The position numbers and the translations under genes were made by a program. A stretch of DNA of 64,000 nucleotides from the human T2T-CHM13v2.0 reference genome, Homo sapiens. The notes beneath the pieces were generated by a model. It worked only from the letters and a program-made list of their open reading frames with translations, searched no databases and was not told the origin of the DNA. Positions 56,850 to 64,000 of the stretch are shown here, piece after piece (positions within the stretch are counted from its first letter, which is position 1; every line of letters starts with the position of its first letter). The DNA is taken from the NCBI RefSeq assembly GCF_009914755.1, contig NC_060926.1. One strand, given 5' to 3'.

Positions 56850-57635
56850 CTCCACCATAATGGGTCCTAAAATTCATGTGGTGCCATGTGGCCCTGTTGG
56901 GGTCCCATCACCACCCACGGAAGGGCTGATTGGAGTGGGATAGCCATTCAATCCAAGAGGTATTATTCAAGCAGATATAAGCCAATTCTATTCTCTCTTC
57001 CGGGGTGTGGCATCAGGACTGAGCAAGCAGACCAGCAATGGTTAAGAGCACAGACTCTCGAGCCAGGCTGCCTGGGTTTGACGTCCAAATCTACTACTCA
57101 TTTGCTATGGGAATTTAGACGTGTCACTTAGCTTCTCTGCCTCAATTTTATCTGTAAAATGGGGATAAACATTATAGTTTAGATGAGAGGATTAAATAAG
57201 TTAATACAACATGTAAACTGCTTGGAGTAGAGTCTGAACTGTGGCATCCACTATCTATCTGAGGGTTGGCTAATTTGTGACCTTGGCTGGTCACATGAAT
57301 TAAAGAGCTGTAGGTCTGGGAATTGAAGACACTGTGGAATGATCAACTTCAGGCTTGGACCTGAATAAGGAGGGAAAGACAGTCTTCAGGACAAGATGAA
57401 AAAAAAGAATGGAGTGAAAAGGCAAATCAGGAGACCAGGAAGGCCTACAGATAGAGCAGGTGCTTTGATTTTTCATGGTTTTCTGGCTCCTGGTTCTGGT
57501 CTGTCCTAAGTCTGAACTCACTTTAGCCTGTTCAGTTCCATGAGATACCTATCTGTCCTTATAAGAAATGCTACTCTTTTGGCTTACACTAGTTTGAGAG
57601 AGTGTCTATTACTTGAAACTAAGAATCCTTGGTGA
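56850..57635 (+). mobile_element. Old ERVL LTR (LTR16/33/67-like) split by a MIR at ~57030-57270
   Basis: 3' end ttggcttacactagtttgag...attacttgaaactaagaatcctt; MIR ggttaagagcacagactctcgagccaggctgcctgggttt...ctgtaaaatggggataa. Confidence 0.55.
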
Positions 57636-57951
57636 GGAGAGTTAGATTTACACTCAATTGCCCTTGAACACAAATTTTAAAGCAACCAGAACAGAAAGAG
57701 TACTTCAGGGGAAAGACACTGCAGATTCCATTTTATTTTTTTTGTTATTATACTTTAAGTTTTAGGGTACATGTGCACAATGTGCAGGTTAGTTACATAT
57801 GTATACATGTGCCCTGCTGGTGTGCTGCACCCACTAACTCCTCATCTAGCATTAGGTATATCTCCCAATGCTATCCCTCCCCCAACCCCCCACCCCACAA
57901 CAGTCCCCAGAGTGTGATGTTCCTCTTCCTGTGTCCATGTGCTCTCATTGT

Positions 57952-61775
<3,824 letters not shown>

Positions 61776-61838
61776 GATGATGTTAGCTGGTTATTTTGCT
61801 CGTTAGTTGATGCAGTTTCTTCCTAGTCTCAATGGTCT

Positions 61839-62855
61839 TTACATTTTGGCATGATTTTGCAGCGGCTGGTACTGGTTGTTCCTTTCCATGTTTAGCGCTT
61901 CCTTCAGGAGCTCTTTTAGGGCAGGCCTGGTGGTGACAAAATCTCTCAGCATTTGCTTGTCTGTAAAGTATTTTATTTCTCCTTCACTTATGAAGCTTAG
62001 TTTGGCTGGATATGAAATTCTGGGTTGAGAATTCTTTTCTTTAAGAATGTTGAATATTGGTCCCCACTCTCTTCTGGCTTGTAGAGTTTCTGCTGAGAGA
62101 TCTGCTGTTAGTCTGATGGGCTTCCCTTTGAGGGTAACCCTACCTTTCCCTCTGGTTGCCCTTAACATTTCTTCCTTCATTTCAACTTTGGTGAATCTGA
62201 CAATTATGTGTCTTGGAGTTGCTCTTCTCGAGGAGTATCTTTGTGGCGTTCTCTGTATTTCCTGAATCTGAATGTTGGCCTGCCTTGCTAGGTTGGGGAA
62301 GTTCTCCTGGATAATATCCTGCAGAGTGTTTTCCAACTTGGTTCCATTCTCCCCATCACTTTCAGGTACACCAATCAGACGTAGATTTGGTCTTTTCACA
62401 TAGTCCCATATTTCTTGGAGGCTTTGCTCATTTCTTTTTATTCTTTTTTCTCTAAACTTCCCTTCTCGCTTCATTTCATTCATTTCATCTTCTATCGCTG
62501 TTACCCTTTCTTGCAGTTGATCGCATCGGCTCCTGAGGCTTCTGGATTCTTCACGTAGTTCTTGAGCCTTGGTTTTCAGCTCCATCAGCTCCTTTAAGCA
62601 CTTCTCTGTATTGGTTATTCTAGTTATACATTCTTCTAAATTTTTTTCAAAGTTTTCAACTTCTTTGCCTTTGGTTTGAATGTCCTCCCGTAGCTCGGAG
62701 TAATTTGATCGTCTGAAGCCTTCTTCTCTCAGCTCGTCAAAGTCATTCTCTGTCTAGCTTTGTTCCATTGCTGGTGAGGAACTGCGTTCCTTTGGAGGAG
62801 GAGAGGCGCTCTGCTTTTTAGAGTTTCCAGTTTTTCTGCTCTGTTTTTTCCCCAT
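61839..62855 (-). pseudogene. L1 ORF1p, full 338-codon frame with one nonsense codon (W34*)
   Basis: ATG 62855; TAG at 62754-62756; remainder open to NHAKM stop at 61839. Confidence 0.93.
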
Positions 62856-63731
62856 CTTTGTGGTTTTATCTACTTTTGGTCTTTGATGATGGTGATGTAC
62901 AGATGGGTTTTTGGTGTGGATGTCCTTTCTGTTTGTTAGTTTTCCTTCTAACAGACAGTACCCTCAGCTGCAGGTCTGTTGGAATACCCTGCCGTGTGAG
63001 GTGTCAGTGTGCCCCTGCTGGGGGGTGCCTCCCAGTTAGGCTGCTCAGGGGTCAGGGGTCAGGGACCCACTTGAGGAGGCAGTCTGCCTGTTCTCAGATC
63101 TCCAGCTGCGTGCCGGGAGAACCACTGCTCTCTTCAAAGCTGTCAGACAGGGACATTTAAGTCTGCAGAGGTTACTGCTGTCTTTGTGTTTGTCTGTGCC
63201 CTGCCCCCAGAGGTGGAGCCTACAGAGGCAGGCAGGCCTCCTTGAGCTGTGGTGGGCTCCACCCAGTTTGAGCTTCCCAGCTGCTTTGTTTACTTAAGCA
63301 AGCCTGGGCAATGGCGGGTGCCCCTCCCCCAGCCTCACTGCAGCCTTGCAGTTTGATCTCAGACTGCTGTGCTAGCAATCAGCGAGACTCCATGGGCGTA
63401 GGACCCTCCGAGCCATGTGCGGGATATAATCTCCTGGTGCACCGTTTTTTAAGCCCCTTGGAAAAGCGCAGTATTTGGGTGGGAGTGACCCAACTTTCCA
63501 GGTGCTGTCTGTCACCCCTTTCTTTGACTAGGAAAGGGAACTCCCTGACTCCTTGCACTTCCCGAGTGAGGTAATGCCTCGCCGTGCGTGCACCCACTGA
63601 CCTGCGCCCACTGTCTGGCACTCCCTAGTGAGACAAACCCGGTACCTCAGATGGAAATGCAGAAATCACCCGTCTTCTGCGTTGCTCATGCTGGGAGCTG
63701 TAGACCAGAGCTGTTCCTATTCGGCCATCTT
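62856..63731 (-). promoter_or_regulatory. L1 5'UTR: internal sense promoter (YY1 core AAGATGGCC) and antisense promoter
   Basis: Matches the hominid L1 5'UTR; lacks the leading GGGGGAGGAGCC; many CpGs decayed. Confidence 0.8.
63311..63574 (+). CDS. ORF0: L1 antisense ORF0, open, 87 aa
   Basis: MAGAPPPASLQPCSLISDCCASNQRDS... matches the primate L1 ORF0 N-terminus; Kozak gcaATGG; expression unknown. Confidence 0.7.
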   Translation: MAGAPPPASLQPCSLISDCCASNQRDSMGVGPSEPCAGYNLLVHRFLSPLEKRSIWVGVTQLSRCCLSPLSLTRKGNSLTPCTSRVR

Positions 63732-64000
63732 CACATTCCATTTTTTTAAGTGTTACTTCTGTCTCAGAACAAGAGATGCCTCCTTTGTGAAATATTTTAG
63801 AACATTCACATTCTTCATTAACAGCTTCTAAACTGAGGAACTTTTTCTGCAACTGAAACTCACTTTCCTATATAAAAATAAATTTAAAGTTGGGTGAGCC
63901 AAATTTCCCCTCTTCCACTTGATTATATTCTGCAGTCCAAAAAGTTGTGCCCTCTTCCTCCCTCTTTGATGGTATGAAAGTCAAGCTGACACATTATCTG

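Overview
Repeat-rich primate (great-ape-like) non-coding DNA, either intergenic or deep intronic. I find no supportable host protein-coding exon, tRNA, rRNA or CRISPR array. The ORF track is explained by LINE-1 remnants, Alu/LTR readings and chance ORFs. Main contents: a decayed full-length L1PB1 (+, ~4.0-10.8 kb) with a nested L1PA4/5 3' fragment; a truncated L1PA6-like copy (-); two young L1PA2/PA3-type copies (-), one 5'-truncated (35.3-37.0 kb) and one near full-length (57.7-63.7 kb); seven AluS/AluJ; solo LTRs (MLT2B, two THE1C, MST, MLT1A, older ERVL); hAT MITEs (MER5, MER53, MER94, MER102, MER103); and MIR/L2/L1M relics. Best observations: (1) the two young L1s share about 7 substitutions that I recall as absent from human L1HS/L1PA2, suggesting one lineage-specific source and possibly a non-human ape genome; (2) the full-length L1 has early stops in ORF1 and ORF2 but an open, extended antisense ORF0, and carries the ZNF93-escape 5'UTR deletion; (3) both THE1C LTRs keep DUX4 motifs; (4) a homeodomain-dimer motif cluster at ~29.7-30.0 kb looks like a developmental enhancer. 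I see no convincing previously undescribed biological system. Repeat subfamily names come from recalled consensus sequences and need RepeatMasker/Dfam confirmation.
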